Source of the DNA: Eledone cirrhosa
Lineage: Eukaryota
Reading direction: 5' to 3'
Length of the DNA: 64,000 nucleotides
Assembly (NCBI GenBank): GCA_964016885.1
Contig: OZ024741.1
Coordinates: forward strand, 250,728,001 to 250,792,000
Position 1 is the stretch's first letter. The number at the start of each line of letters is the position of its first letter. The notes under the pieces are model-generated. The model was not told the origin of the DNA, searched no databases, and saw nothing but the letters and a program-made list of their open reading frames with translations. The translations under genes were made by a program, and so were the position numbers. Below are positions 26,283 through 41,040 of this stretch, piece after piece.

Positions 26283-29200
26283 AGGAGAGGTAATTTCTAG
26301 CCGTCCAAGGGGAGATAAATTCCAGCCTCCAAGGGGAGATAATTTCCAGGCAGCCAAGGGTATATAATTTGTAAAAAAAATCAGGTGGAGATAATTTGTA
26401 AAAAAAAATCAGGGGGAGATAATTTGTAAAAAAAATCAGGGGGAGATAATTTGTATAAAAAAAACAAGGGGAGATAATTTCCAGCCGTCCAAGGGGAGAT
26501 AATTTTCAGCCGTCCAAGGAGAGGTAATTTCTAGCCGTCCAAGGAGAGATAATTTCCAGCCGTCCAAGGGGAGATAATTTCCAGCCGTCCAAGGGGAGAT
26601 AATTTTTTTAAAAAAATCAGGCGGAGATAAGTTGTAAAAAAAATCAGGGGGAGATAATTTGTAAAAAAAAATCAGGGGGAGATAATTTGTAAAAAAAATC
26701 AAGGGGAGATAATTTCCAGCCGTCCAAAGAGAGATAATTTCTAGCCGTCCAAGGGGAGATAATTTCCAGCCAAGGGGAGATAATTTCCAGCCGTACAAGG
26801 GGAGATAATTTTTAAAAAATCAGGTGGAGATAATTTGTAAAAACAAAATCAAGGGCAGATAATTTCCAGCCGTCCAAGGGGAGATAATTTCCAGCAGTGC
26901 AAGGGGAGATAATTTCCAGCCGTCCAAGGGGAGATAATTTCCCGCCAGCCAAGGGAAGATAATATTTAAAAAAATCAGGCGGAGATAATTTGAAAAAAAA
27001 ATCAGGGGGAGATAATTTGTAAAAAAATCAGGGGGAGATAATTTGTAAAAAAAAAATCAGGGGGAGATAATTTTTTTAAAAAATCAGGGGGAGATAATTT
27101 GTAAAAAAAATCAAGGGGAGATAATTTCCAGCCGTCCAAGGAGAGATAATTTAAAAAAAAATTCAGGCGGAGATAATTTGTAAAAAAAAATCGGGCAGAT
27201 AATTTGTAAAAAAAATCAGGAGGAGATAATTTGTAAAAAAAATCAAGGGGAGATAATTTCCAGCCGTCCAAGGGAAGATAATTTCCGGCCAAGGGGAGAT
27301 AATTTCCAGCCGTCCAAGGGGAGATAATTTTTTAAAAAATCAGGTGGAGATAATTTGTAAAAAACATCAGGGGGAGATAATTTGTAAAAACAAAATCAAG
27401 GGCAGATAATTTCCAGCTGTCCAAGGGGAGATAATTTCCAGCCGTGCAAGGGAAGATAATTTCCAGCCGTCCAAGGGGAGATAATTTCCCGCCAGCCAAG
27501 GGAAGATAATTTTAAAAAAAATCAGGCGGAGATTGTAAAAAAATCAGGGGGAGATAATTTTTAAAAAAATCAGGAGGAGATAATTTGTAAAAAAAAATCA
27601 GGGGGAGATAATTTGTAAAAAAAATCAGGGGGAGATAATTTGTAAAAAAAAATCAGGGGGAGATAATTTGTAAAAAAATCAGGGGTAGATAATTTGTAAA
27701 AAAAAATCAGGGGGAGATAATTTGTAAAAAAAAATCAGGGGGAGATAATTTGTAAAAAAAATCAAGGGGAGATAATTTGCAGCCGTCCAAGGGGAGATAA
27801 TTTCCAGCCGTCCAAAGAGAGATAATTTCTAGACGTCCAAGGGGAGATAATTTCCAGCCGTCCAAGGGGAGATAATTTCCAGCCATCCAAGGGGAGATAA
27901 TTTTTTAAAATATCAGGTGGAGATAATTTGTAAAAAAATCAGGGGGAGATAATTTGTAAAAACAAAATCAAGGGCAGATAATTTCCAGCCGTCCAAGGGG
28001 AGATAATTTCCCGCCAGCCAAGAGAAGATAATTTTTTAAAAAATCAGACGGATATAATTTGTAGAAAAATCAGGGGGAGATAATTTCCAGCCGTCCAAGG
28101 GGAGATAATTTTCAGCCGTGCAAGGAGAGGTAATTTCTAGAGGTCCAAGGGGAGATAATTTCCAGCCTTGCAAGGGGAGATAATTTCCAGCCGTCCAAAG
28201 AGAGATAATTTCTAGCCGTCCAAGGGGAGATAATTTCCAGCCGTGCATGGGGAGATAATTTCCAGCCGTCCAAGGAGAGGTAATTTCTAGCCGTCCAAGG
28301 GGAGATAATTTCCAGCCCTCCAAGGGGAGATAAATTCCAGCCTCCAAGGGGAGATAATTTCCAGCCAGCCAAGGGGAGATAATTTGTAAAAAAATCAGGG
28401 GGAGATAATTTGTAAAAAAAAATCAGGGGGAGATAATTTGTAAAAAAAAATCAGGGGGAGATAATTTGTAAAAAAAAATCAGGGGGAGATAATTTGTAAA
28501 AAAAATCAAGGAGAGATAATTTTCAGCCGTCCAAGGGGAGATAATTTTCAGCCGTCCAAGGAGAGGTAATTTCTAGCCGTCCAAGGGGATATAATTTCCA
28601 GCCGTCCAATGGGAGATAATTTCCAGCCGTCCAAGGGGAGATAATTTTTAAAAAAAATCAGGCGGAGATAATTTGTAAAAAATAAATCAGGGGGAGATAA
28701 TTTGTAAAAAAAAATCAGGGGGAGATAATTTGTAAAAAAGATCAGGGGGAGATAATTTGTAAAAAAAATCAAGGGTAGATAATTTCCAGCCGTCCAAAGA
28801 GAGATAATTTCTAGCCGTCCAAGGGGAGATAATTTCCAGCCAAGGGGAGATAATTTCCAGCCGTCCAAGGGGAGATAATTTCCAGCCGTGCAAGGGGAGA
28901 TAATTTCCAGCCGTCCAAGGGGAGATTATTTCCCGCCAGCCAAGGGAAGATAATATTTAAAAAAATCAGGCGGAGATAATTTGTAAAATAAATCAGGGGG
29001 AGATAATTTGTAAAAAAATCAGGGGGAGATAATTTGTAAAAAAGATCAGGGGGAGATAATTTGTAAAAAAAAATCAGGGGTAGATAATATGTAAAATAAA
29101 ATCAGGGGGAGATAATTTGTAAAAAAAAAATCAGGTGGAGATAAATTGTAAAAAAAATCAAGGGGAGATAATTTTCAGCCGTCCAAGGAGGGCTAATTTC

Positions 29201-32200
29201 TAGCCGTCCAAGGGGAGATAATTTCCAGCCGTCCAAGGGGAGATAATTTCCAGCCGTCCAAGGGGAGATAATTTTTTTTTAAAAATCAGGCGGAGATAAT
29301 TTGTAAAAAAAAAATCAGGGGGAGATAATTTGTAAAAAAAAATCAGGGGGTGATAATTTGTAAAAAAATCAAGGGGAGATAATTTCAAGCCGTCCAAGGG
29401 AAGATAATTTCCAGCCTCCAAGGGGCTATAATTTCCAGAGTCCAAGGGGAGATAATTTCCAGCCAGCGAAGGGGAGATAATTTTTTTAAAAAAATCACTG
29501 GGAGATTTGTAAAAAAAATCAGGGGGAGATAATTTGTAAAAAGAATCAAGGGGAGATAATTTCCAACCGTCCAAAGAGAGATAATTTCTAGCCGTCCAAG
29601 GGGAGATAATTTCCAGCCAAGGGGAGATAATTTCCAGCCGTCCAAGGGGAGATAATTTTTTAAAATATAGGTGGAGATAATTTGTAAAAAAATCAGGGGG
29701 AGATAATTTGTAAAAACAAAATCAAGGGCAGATAATTTCCAGCCGTCCAAGGGGAGATAATTTCCAGCCGTGCAAGGGGAGATAATTTGTAAAAAAAATC
29801 AGGGGGAGATAATTTCCAGCCGTCCAAGGGGAGATAATTTTCAGCCGTCCAAGGAGAGGTAATTTCTAGCCGCCCAAGGGAAGAAGGGGCTATAATTTCT
29901 AGCGTCCAAGGGGAGATAATTTCCAGCCAGCGAAAGGGAGATAATTTTTTTTAAAAAATCACTGGGAGATTTGTAAAAAAAATCAGGGGGAGATAATTTG
30001 TAAAAAAATCAAGGGGAGATAATTTCCAGCCGTCCAAAGAGAGATAATTTCTAGCCGTCCAAGGGGAGATAATTTCCAGCCAAGGGGAGATAATTTCCAG
30101 CCGTCCAAGTGGAGATAATTTCCAGCCGTGCAAGGGGAGATAATTTCCAGCCGTCCAAGGGGAGATAATTTCCATCCTTCCAAGGGGAGATAATTTCCAG
30201 CCGTCCAAGGGGAGATTATTTCCCGCCAGCCAAGGGAAGATATTATTTAAAAAAATCAGGCGGAGATAATTTGTAAAATAAATTAGGGGGAGATAATTTG
30301 TAAAAAAATCAGGGGGAGATAATTTGTAAAAAAAATCAAGGGGAGATAATTTCCAGCCAGCGAAGGAGAGATAATTTTAAAAAAAAATCACTGGGAGATT
30401 TGTAAAACAAATCAGGGGGAGATAATTTGTAAAAAAAATCAAGGGGAGATAATTTCCAGCCGTCCAAAGAGAGATAATTTCTAGCCGTCCAAGGGGAGAT
30501 AATTTCCAGCCAAGGGGAGATAATTTCCAGCCGTCCAAGGGGAGATAATTTTTTAAAAAATCAGGTGGAGATAATTTGTAAAAGAAATCAGGGGAAGATA
30601 ATTTGTAAAAACAAAATCAAGGGCAGATAATTTCCAGCCGTCCAAGGGGAGATAATTTCCAGCAGTGCAAGGGGAGATAATTTCTAGCCGTCCAAGGAGA
30701 GATAATTTCCATCCTTCCAAGGGAAGATAATTTCCAGCCGTCCAAGGGGAGATAATTTCCCGCCAGCCAAGGGAAGATAATATTTAAAAAAATCAGGCGG
30801 AGATAATTTGTAAAAAAAATCAGGGGGAGATAATTTGTAAAAAAAAAATCAGTGGGAGATAATTTGTAAAAAAAATCAGGGGTAGATAATTTGTAAAAAA
30901 AAATCAGGGGGAGATAATTTGTAAAAAAAAATCAAGGGGAGATAATTTCCAGCCGTCCAAGGGGAGATAATTTTCAGCCGTCCAAGGAGAGGTAATTTCT
31001 AGCCGTCCAAGGGGAGATAATTTCCAGCCGTCCAAGGGGAGATAATTTCCAGCCAGCGAAGGGGAGATAATTTTTTTTTAAAAATCACTGGGAGATAATT
31101 TTTAAAAAAAGTCAGGCGGAGATAATTTGTAAAAAAAAAATCAGTGGGAGATAATTTGTAAAAAAAAAATCGGGGGGACATAATTTGTAAAAAAAATCAA
31201 GGGGAGATAATTTCTAGCCGTCCAAGGGAAGATAATTTCCAGCCCTCCAAGGGAAGATAACTTCCAGCCCTCCAAGGGGCTATAATTTCCAGCGTCCAAG
31301 GGGAGATAATTTCCAGCCAGCGAAGGGGAGATAATTTTTTTTTAAAAATCACTGGGAGATTTGTAAAAAAAATCAGGGGGAGATAATTTGTAAAAAAATC
31401 AAGGGGAGATAATTTCCAGCCGTACAAGGAGAGGTAATTTCTAGCCGTCCAAGGGGAGATAATTTCCAGCCGTCCAAGGGGAGATAATTTCCAGCCGTCC
31501 AAGGGGAGATAATTTAAAAAAAAATCAGGCGGAGATAATTTGTAAAAAAAAAATCAGGGGGAGATAATTTGTAAAAAAAAATCAGGGGGAGATAATTTGT
31601 AAAAAAAATCAAGGGGAGATAATTTCCAGCCGTCCAAGGGAAGATAATTTCCAGCCCTCCAAGGAAAGATAACTTCCAGCCCTCCAAGGGGCTATAATTT
31701 CCAGCGTCCAAGGGGAGATAATTTCCAGCCAGCGAAGGGGAGATTTTTTTAAAAAAATCACTGGGAGATTTTTTAAAAAAATCAGGGGTAAATAATTTGT
31801 AAAAAAAAATCAGGGGGAGATAATTTGTAAAAAAAATCAGGGGGAGATAATTTGTAAAAAATCAAGGGGAGATAATTTCCAGCCGTCCAAGGGGAGATAA
31901 TTTTCAGCCATCCAAGGAGAGGTAATTTCTAGCCGTTCAAGGGGAGATAATTTCCAGCCGTCCAAGGGGAGATAATTTCCAGCCGTCCAAGGGGAGATAA
32001 TTTTTTAAAAAAATCAGGCGGAGCTAATTTGTAAAAAAATAATCAGGGGCAGATAATTTGTAAAAAAATATCAGGGGGAGATAATTTGTATACAAAATCA
32101 AGGGGAGATAATTTCCAGCCGTCCAAGGCGAGATAATTTCCAGCCGTCCAAGGGGAGATAATTTACAGCTGTCCAAGTAGAGGTAATTTCTAGGCGTCCA

Positions 32201-35200
32201 AGGGGAGATAATTTCCAGCCGTCCAAGAGGAGATAATTTCCAGCCAGCCAAGGGGAGATAATTTCCAGCCAGCCAAGGGGAGATATTTGTAAAAAAAATC
32301 AGGTGGAGATAATTTGTAAAAAAAAAATCAGGGGTAGATAATTTGTAGAAGACATAAAGGGGAGATAATTTCCAGCCGTCCAAGGAGAGGTAATTTCTAG
32401 CCGTCCAAGGGGAGATAAATTCCAGCCTCCAAGGGGAGATAATTTCCAGGCAGCCAAGGGTATATAATTTGTAAAAAAAATCAGGTGGAGATAATTTGTA
32501 AAAAAAAATCAGGGGGAGATAATTTGTAAAAAAAATCAGGGGGAGATAATTTGTATAAAAAAAACAAGGGGAGATAATTTCCAGCCGTCCAAGGGGAGAT
32601 AATTTTCAGCCGTCCAAGGAGAGGTAATTTCTAGCCGTCCAAGGAGAGATAATTTCCAGCCGTCCAAGGGGAGATAATTTCCAGCCGTCCAAGGGGAGAT
32701 AATTTTTTTAAAAAAATCAGGCGTAGATAAGTTGTAAAAAAAATCAGGGGGAGATAATTTGTAAAAAAAAATCAGGGGGAGATAATTTGTAAAAAAAATC
32801 AAGGGGAGATAATTTCCAGCCGTCCAAAGAGAGATAATTTCTAGCCGTCCAAGGGGAGATAATTTCCAGCCAAGGGGAGATAATTTCCAGCCGTACAAGG
32901 GGAGATAATTTTTAAAAAATCAGGTGGAGATAATTTGTAAAAACAAAATCAAGGGCAGATAATTTCCAGCCGTCCAAGGGGAGATAATTTCCAGCAGTGC
33001 AAGGGGAGATAATTTCCAGCCGTCCAAGGGGAGATAATTTCCCGCCAGCCAAGGGAAGATAATATTTAAAAAAATCAGGCGGAGATAATTTGAAAAAAAA
33101 ATCAGGGGGAGATAATTTGTAAAAAAATCAGGGGGAGATAATTTGTAAAAAAAAAATCAGGGGGAGATAATTTTTTTAAAAAATCAGGGGGAGATAATTT
33201 GTAAAAAAAATCAAGGGGAGATAATTTCCAGCCGTCCAAGGAGAGATAATTTAAAAAAAAATTCAGGCGGAGATAATTTGTAAAAAAAAATCGGGCAGAT
33301 AATTTGTAAAAAAAATCAGGAGGAGATAATTTGTAAAAAAAATCAAGGGGAGATAATTTCCAGCCGTCCAAGGGAAGATAATTTCCGGCCAAGGGGAGAT
33401 AATTTCCAGCCGTCCAAGGGGAGATAATTTTTTAAAAAATCAGGTGGAGATAATTTGTAAAAAACATCAGGGGGAGATAATTTGTAAAAACAAAATCAAG
33501 GGCAGATAATTTCCAGCTGTCCAAGGGGAGATAATTTCCAGCCGTGCAAGGGAAGATAATTTCCAGCCGTCCAAGGGGAGATAATTTCCCGCCAGCCAAG
33601 GGAAGATAATTTTAAAAAAAATCAGGCGGAGATTGTAAAAAAATCAGGGGGAGATAATTTTTAAAAAAATCAGGAGATAATTTGTAAAAAAAAATCAGGG
33701 GGAGATAATTTGTAAAAAAAATCAGGGGGAGATAATTTGTAAAAAAAAATCAGGGGGAGATAATTTGTAAAAAAATCAGGGGTAGATAATTTGTAAAAAA
33801 AAATCAGGGGGAGATAATTTGTAAAAAAAAATCAGGGGGAGATAATTTGTAAAAAAAATCAAGGGGAGATAATTTGCAGCCGTCCAAGGGGAGATAATTT
33901 CCAGCCGTCCAAAGAGAGATAATTTCTAGACGTCCAAGGGGAGATAATTTCCAGCCGTCCAAGGGGAGATAATTTCCAGCCGTCCAAGGGGAGATAATTT
34001 TTTAAAATATCAGGTGGAGATAATTTGTAAAAAAATCAGGGGGAGATAATTTGTAAAAACAAAATCAAGGGCAGATAATTTCCAGCCGTCCAAGGGGAGA
34101 TAATTTCCCGCCAGCCAAGGGAAGATAATTTTTAAAAAAATCAGACGGATATAATTTGTAGAAAAATCAGGGGGAGATAATTTCCAGCCGTCCAAGGGGA
34201 GATAATTTTCAGCCGTGCAAGGAGAGGTAATTTCTAGAGGTCCAAGGGGAGATAATTTCCAGCCGTGCAAGGGGAGATAATTTCCAGCCGTCCAAAGAGA
34301 GATAATTTCTAGCCGTCCAAGGGGAGATAATTTCCAGCCGTGCATGGGGAGATAATTTCCAGCCGTCCAAGGAGAGGTAATTTCTAGCCGTCCAAGGGGA
34401 GATAATTTCCAGCCCTCCAAGGGGAGATAAATTCCAGCCTCCAAGGGGAGATAATTTCCAGCCAGCCAAGGGGAGATAATTTGTAAAAAAATCAGGGGGA
34501 GATAATTTGTAAAAAAAAATCAGGGGGAGATAATTTGTAAAAAAAAATCAGGGGGAGATAATTTGTAAAAAAAAATCAGGGGGAGATAATTTGTAAAAAA
34601 AATCAAGGAGAGATAATTTTCAGCCGTCCAAGGGGAGATAATTTTCAGCCGTCCAAGGAGAGGTAATTTCTAGCCGTCCAAGGGGATATAATTTCCAGCC
34701 GTCCAATGGGAGATAATTTCCAGCCGTCCAAGGGGAGATAATTTTAAAAAAAAATCAGGCGGAGATAATTTGTAAAAAATAAATCAGGGGGAGATAATTT
34801 GTAAAAAAAAATCAGGGGGAGATAATTTGTAAAAAAGATCAGGGGGAGATAATTTGTAAAAAAAATCAAGGGTAGATAATTTCCAGCCGTCCAAAGAGAG
34901 ATAATTTCTAGCCGTCCAAGGGGAGATAATTTCCAGCCAAGGGGAGATAATTTCCAGCCGTCCAAGGGGAGATAATTTCCAGCCGTGCAAGGGGAGATAA
35001 TTTCCAGCCGTCCAAGGGGAGATTATTTCCCGCCAGCCAAGGGAAGATAATATTTAAAAAAATCAGGCGGAGATAATTTGTAAAATAAATCAGGGGGAGA
35101 TAATTTGTAAAAAAATCAGGGGGAGATAATTTGTAAAAAAGATCAGGGGGAGATAATTTGTAAAAAAAAATCAGGGGTAGATAATATGTAAAATAAAATC

Positions 35201-35981
35201 AGGGGGAGATAATTTGTAAAAAAAAAATCAGGTGGAGATAAATTGTAAAAAAAATCAAGGGGAGATAATTTTCAGCCGTCCAAGGAGGGCTAATTTCTAG
35301 CCGTCCAAGGGGAGATAATTTCCAGCCGTCCAAGGGGAGATAATTTCCAGCCGTCCAAGGGGAGATAATTTTTTTTAAAAAATCAGGCGGAGATAATTTG
35401 TAAAAAAAAAATCAGGGGGAGATAATTTGTAAAAAAAAATCAGGGGGTGATAATTTGTAAAAAAATCAAGGGGAGATAATTTCAAGCCGTCCAAGGGAAG
35501 ATAATTTCCAGCCTCCAAGGGGCTATAATTTCCAGAGTCCAAGGGGAGATAATTTCCAGCCAGCGAAGGGGAGATAATTTTTTTAAAAAAATCACTGGGA
35601 GATTTGTAAAAAAAATCAGGGGGAGATAATTTGTAAAAAGAATCAAGGGGAGATAATTTCCAACCGTCCAAAGAGAGATAATTTCTAGCCGTCCAAGGGG
35701 AGATAATTTCCAGCCAAGGGGAGATAATTTCCAGCCGTCCAAGGGGAGATAATTTTTTAAAATATAGGTGGAGATAATTTGTAAAAAAATCAGGGGGAGA
35801 TAATTTGTAAAAACAAAATCAAGGGCAGATAATTTCCAGCCGTCCAAGGGGAGATAATTTCCAGCCGTGCAAGGGGAGATAATTTGTAAAAAAAATCAGG
35901 GGGAGATAATTTCCAGCCGTCCAAGGGGAGATAATTTTCAGCCGTCCAAGGAGAGGTAATTTCTAGCCGCCCAAGGGAAGA
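23783..35981 (+). repeat. Tandem duplication of a ~6.1-kb block (approx. 23783..29884 and 29885..35981)
   Basis: ORF pairs 23849->29951 (6102), 25924->32024 (6100), 27002->33102 (6100), 28112->34209 (6097), 29385->35482 (6097). An aberrant junction is visible at ~29878-29895. Confidence 0.93.
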
Positions 35982-38900
35982 TAATTTCCAGCCGTCCAAG
36001 GAGAGGTAATTTCTAGCCGTCCAAGGGGAGATAATGTCCAGCCGTCCTAGGGGAGATAATTTCCAGCCGTCCAAGGGGAGATAATTTTTAAAAAAATCAG
36101 GCGGAGATAATTTGTAAAAAAAAAATCAGGGGGAGATAATTTGTAAAAAAAAATCAGGGGGAGATAATTTGTAAAAAAAATCAAGGGGAGATAATTTCCC
36201 GCCAGCGAAGGGGAGATAATTTTTTTAAAAAAATCACTGGGAGATTTGTAAAAAAAATCAGGGGGAGATAATTTGTAAAAAAAATCAAGGGGAGATAATT
36301 TCCAGCCGTCCAAAGAGAGATAATTTCTAGCCGTCCAAGGGGAGATAATTTCCAGCCAAGGGGAGATAATTTCCAGCCGTCCAAGGGGAGATAATTTTTT
36401 AAAAAATCAGGTGGAGATAATTTGTAAAAAAAATCAGGGGATGATAATTTGTAAAAACAAAATCAAGGGCAGATAATTTCCAGCCGTCCAAGGGGAGATA
36501 ATTTCCAGCAGTGCAAGGGGAGATAATTTCCAGCCGTCCAAGGGGAGATAATTTCCATCCTTCCAAGGGAAGATAATTTCCAGCCGTCCAAGGGGAGATA
36601 ATATTTAAAAAAATCAGGCGGAGATAATTTGTAAAAATATCAGAGGGAGATAATTTGTAAAAAAATCAGGGGGAGATAATTTGTAAAAAAAAAAATCAGG
36701 TGGAGATAATTTGTAAAAAAAATCAGTGGGAGATAATTTGTAAAAAAAAATCAGGGTGAGATAATTTGTAAAAAAATCAGGGGTAGATAATTTGTAAAAA
36801 AAAATCAAGGGGAGATAATTTCCAGCCGTCCAAAGAGAGATGATTTAAAAAAAAAATCAGGCGGAGATAATTTGTAAAAAAAAATCAGGGGTAGATAATT
36901 TGTAAAAAAAATCAGGGGGAGATAATTTGTAAAAAAAATCAAGGGGAGATAATTTCCAGCCGTCCAAGGGAAGATAATTTCCAGCCAAGGGGAGATAATT
37001 TCCAGCCGTCCAAGGGGAGATAATTTTTTAAAAAATCAGGTGGCGATAATTTGTAAAAAAAATCAAGGGGAGATAATTTGTAAAAACAAAATCAAGGGCC
37101 GATAATTTCCAGCTGTCCAAGGGGAGATAATTTCCAGCCGTGCAAGGGAAGATAACTTCCAGCCGTCCAAGGGGAGATAATTTCCCGCCAGCCAAGGGAA
37201 GATAATTTTTAAAAAAATCAGGCGTAGATTGTAAAAAAATCAGGGGGAGATAATTTGTAAAAAAATCAGGGGGAGATAATTTGTAAAAAAAAATCAGGGG
37301 GAGATAATTTGTAAAAGAAATCAGGGGGAGATAATTTGTAAAAAAAAATCAGGGGGAGATAATTTGTAAAAAAATCAGGGGTAGATAATTTGTAAAAAAA
37401 ATCAGGGGGAGATAATTTGTAAAAAAAAAATCAGGGGGAGATAATTTGTAAAAAAAATCAAGGGGAGATAATTTGCAGCCGTCCAAGGGGAGATAATTTC
37501 CAGCCGTCCAAAGAGAGATAATTTCTAGCCGTCCAAGGGGAGATAATTTCCAGCCGTCCAAGGGGAGATAATTTCCAGCCGTCCAAGGGGAGATAATTTT
37601 TAAAAACATCAGGTGGAGATAATTTGTAAAAAAATCAGGGGGAGATAATTTGTAAAAACAAAATCAAGGGCAGATAATTTCCAGCCGTCCAAGGGGAGAT
37701 AATTTCCCGCCAGCCAAGGAAAGATAATTTTTAAAAAAATCAGGCGGAGATAATTTGAAAAAAAAATCAGGGGGAGATAATTTGTAAAAAAATCAGGGGG
37801 AGATAATTTGTAAAAAAAAAATCAGGGGGAGATAATTTTTTAACAAAATCAGGGGGAGATAATTTGTAAAAAAAAATCAAGGGGAGATAATTTCCAGCCG
37901 TCCAAGGAGAGATAATTTAAAAAAAAATTCAGGCGGAGATAATTTGTAAAAAAAAATCGGGCAGATAATTTGTAAAAAAAATCAGGAGGAGATAATTTGT
38001 AAAAAAAATCAAGGGGAGATAATTTCCAGCCGTCCAAGGGAAGATAATTTCCGGCCAAGGGGAGATAATTTCCAGCCGTCCAAGGGGAGATAATTTTTTT
38101 AAAAATCAGGTGGAGATAATTTGTAAAAAACATCAGGGGGAGATAATTTGTAAAAACAAAATCAAGGGCAGATAATTTCCAGCTGTCCAAGGGGAGATAA
38201 TTTCCAGCCGTGCAAGGGAAGATAATTTCCAGCCGTCCAAGGGGAGATAATTTCCCGCCAGCCAAGGGAAGATAATTTTTAAAAAAATCAGGCGGAGATT
38301 GTAAAAAAATCAGGGGGAGATAATTTGTAAAAAAATCAGGAGGAGATAATTTGTAAAAAAAAATCAGGGGGAGATAATTTGTAAAAAAAATCAGGGGGAG
38401 ATAATTTGTAAAAAAAAATCAGGGGGAGATAATTTGTAAAAAAATCAGGGGTAGATAATTTGTAAAAAAAAATCAGGGGGAGATAATTTGTAAAAAAAAA
38501 TCAGGGGGAGATAATTTGTAAAAAAAATCAAGGGGAGATAATTTGCAGCCGTCCAAGGGGAGATAATTTCCAGCCGTCCAAAGAGAGATAATTTCTAGAC
38601 GTCCAAGGGGAGATAATTTCCAGCCGTCCAAGGGGAGATAATTTCCAGCCGTCCAAGGGGAGATAATTTTTTAAAATATCAGGTGGAGATAATTTGTAAA
38701 AAAATCAGGGGGAGATAATTTGTAAAAACAAAATCAAGGGCAGATAATTTCCAGCCGTCCAAGGGGAGATAATTTCCCGCCAGCCAAGGGAAGATAATTT
38801 TTAAAAAAATCAGACGGAGATAATTTGTAGAAAAATCAGGGGGAGATAATTTCCAGCCGTCCAAGGGGAGATAATTTTCAGCCGTGCAAGGAGAGGTAAT

Positions 38901-41040
38901 TTCTAGAGGTCCAAGGGGAGATAATTTCCAGCCGTGCAAGGGGAGATAATTTCCAGCCGTCCAAAGAGAGATAATTTCTAGCCGTCCAAGGGGAGATAAT
39001 TTCCAGCCCTACAAGCAGCTATAATTTCCAGCCGTCCAAAGGGAGATAATTTCCAGCCAGCGAAGGGGAGATAATTTATTTTTAAATTAGGGGGAGATTT
39101 GTAAAAAAAATCAGGGGGAGATAATTTGTAAAAAAAATCAAGGGGAAATAATTTCCAGCCGTCCAAGGGGAGATAATTTCCAGCCGTTCAAGGGGAGATA
39201 ATTTCAAACCGTCCAAGGGGAGATAATTTTTTTAAAAAAATCAGGCGGAGATAATTTGTAAAAAAAAAATCAGGGGGAGATAATTTGTAAAAAAAAATCG
39301 GGGAGATAATTTGTAAAAAAAAATCAGGGGGAGATAATATGTAAAAAAAATCAAGGGGAGATAATTTCCAGCCGTCCGAGGGAAGATAATTACCAGCCCT
39401 CCAAGGGGCTATAATTTCCAGCGTCCAAGGGGAGATAATTTCCAGCCAGCGAAAGGGAGATTATTTTTTTTTAAAAATCACTGGGAGATTTGTAAAAAAA
39501 ATCAGGGGGAGATAATTTGTAAAAAAAATCAAGGGGAGATAATTTCCAGCCGTCCAAAGAGAGATAATTTCTAGCCGTCCAAGGGGAGATAATTTCCAGC
39601 CGTGCAAGGGGAGATAATTTCCAGCCGTCCAAGGGGAGATAATTTCCATCCTTCCAAGGGGAGATAATTTCCAGCCGTCCAAGGGGAGATTATTTCCCGC
39701 CAGCCAAGGGAAGATAATATTTAAAAAAATCAGGCGGAGATAATTTGTAAAATAAATCAGGGGGAGATAATTTGTAAAAAAATCAGGGGGAGATAATTTG
39801 TAAAAAATTCAGGGGGAGATAATTTGTAAAAAAAAATCAGGGGTAGATAATATGTAAAATAAGATCAGGGGGAGATAATTTGTAAAAAAAAAATCAGGGG
39901 GAGATAATTTGTAAAAAAAATCAAGGGGAGATAATTTTCAGCCGTCCAAGGAGAGGTAATTTCTAGCCGTCCAAGGGGAGATAATTTCCAGCCGTCCAAG
40001 GGGAGATAATTTCCAGCCGTCCAAGGGGAGATAATTTTTTAAAAAAAATCAGGCGGAGATGATTTGTAAAAAAAAAATCAGGGGGAGATAATTTGTAAAA
40101 AAAAATCAGGGGGAGATAATTTGTAAAAAAAATCAAGGGGAGATAATTTCCAGCCGTCCAAGGGAAGATAATTTCCAGCCTCCAAGGGGCTATAATTTCC
40201 AGCGTCCAAGGGGAGATAATTTCCAGCCAGCGAAGGGGAGATAATTTTTTTAAAAAAATCACTGGGAGATTTGTAAAAAAAATCAGGGGGAGATAATTTG
40301 TAAAAAGAATCAAGGGTAGATAATTTCCAGCCGTCCAAAGAGAGATAATTTCTAGCCGTCCAAGGGGAGATAATTTCCAGCCAAGGGGAGATAATTTCCA
40401 GCCGTCCAAGGGGAGATAATTTTTTTAAATATCAGGTGGAGATAATTTGTAAAAAAAATCAGGGGGAGATAATTTGTAAAAACAAAATCAAGGGCAGATA
40501 ATTTCCAGCCGTCCAAGGGGAGATAATTTCCAGCCGTGCAAGGGGAGATAATTTGTAAAAAAAATCAGGGGGAGATAATTTCCAGCCGTCCAAGGGGAGA
40601 TAATTTTCAGCCGTCCAAGGAGAGGTAATTTCTAGCCGTCCAAGGGGAGATAATTTCCAGCCGTGCAAGGGGAGATAATTTCCAGCCGTCCAAGGGGAGA
40701 TAATTTCCATCCTTCCAAGGGGAGATAATTTCCAGCCGTCCAAGGGGAGATAATTTCCAGCCAGCGAAGGGGAGATAATTTTTTTTTTTAAATCAGGGGT
40801 AGATTGGTAAAAAAAAATCAGGGGGAGATAATTTGTAAAAAAATCAAGGGGAGATAATTTCCAGCCGTCGAAGGAGAGATAATTTATAGCCGTCCAAGGG
40901 GAGATAATTTCCAGCAAGCCAAGGGAGATAATTTTTTAAAAAAATCAGGCGGAGATGATTTGTAAAAAAAATCAGGTGGAGATAATTTGTTAAAAAAAAT
41001 CAGGGGGCGATAATTTCCAGCCGTCCAAGGGGAGATAATT
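33470..41040 (+). repeat. Older copy of ~3600..11465 (offset stepping 29,868 -> 29,914/29,915 -> 29,601 -> 29,576)
   Basis: ORF pairs 4142->34010, 5568->35482, 6132->36047, 7748->37349, 9885->39461, 10883->40459. Boundaries are approximate. Confidence 0.85.
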
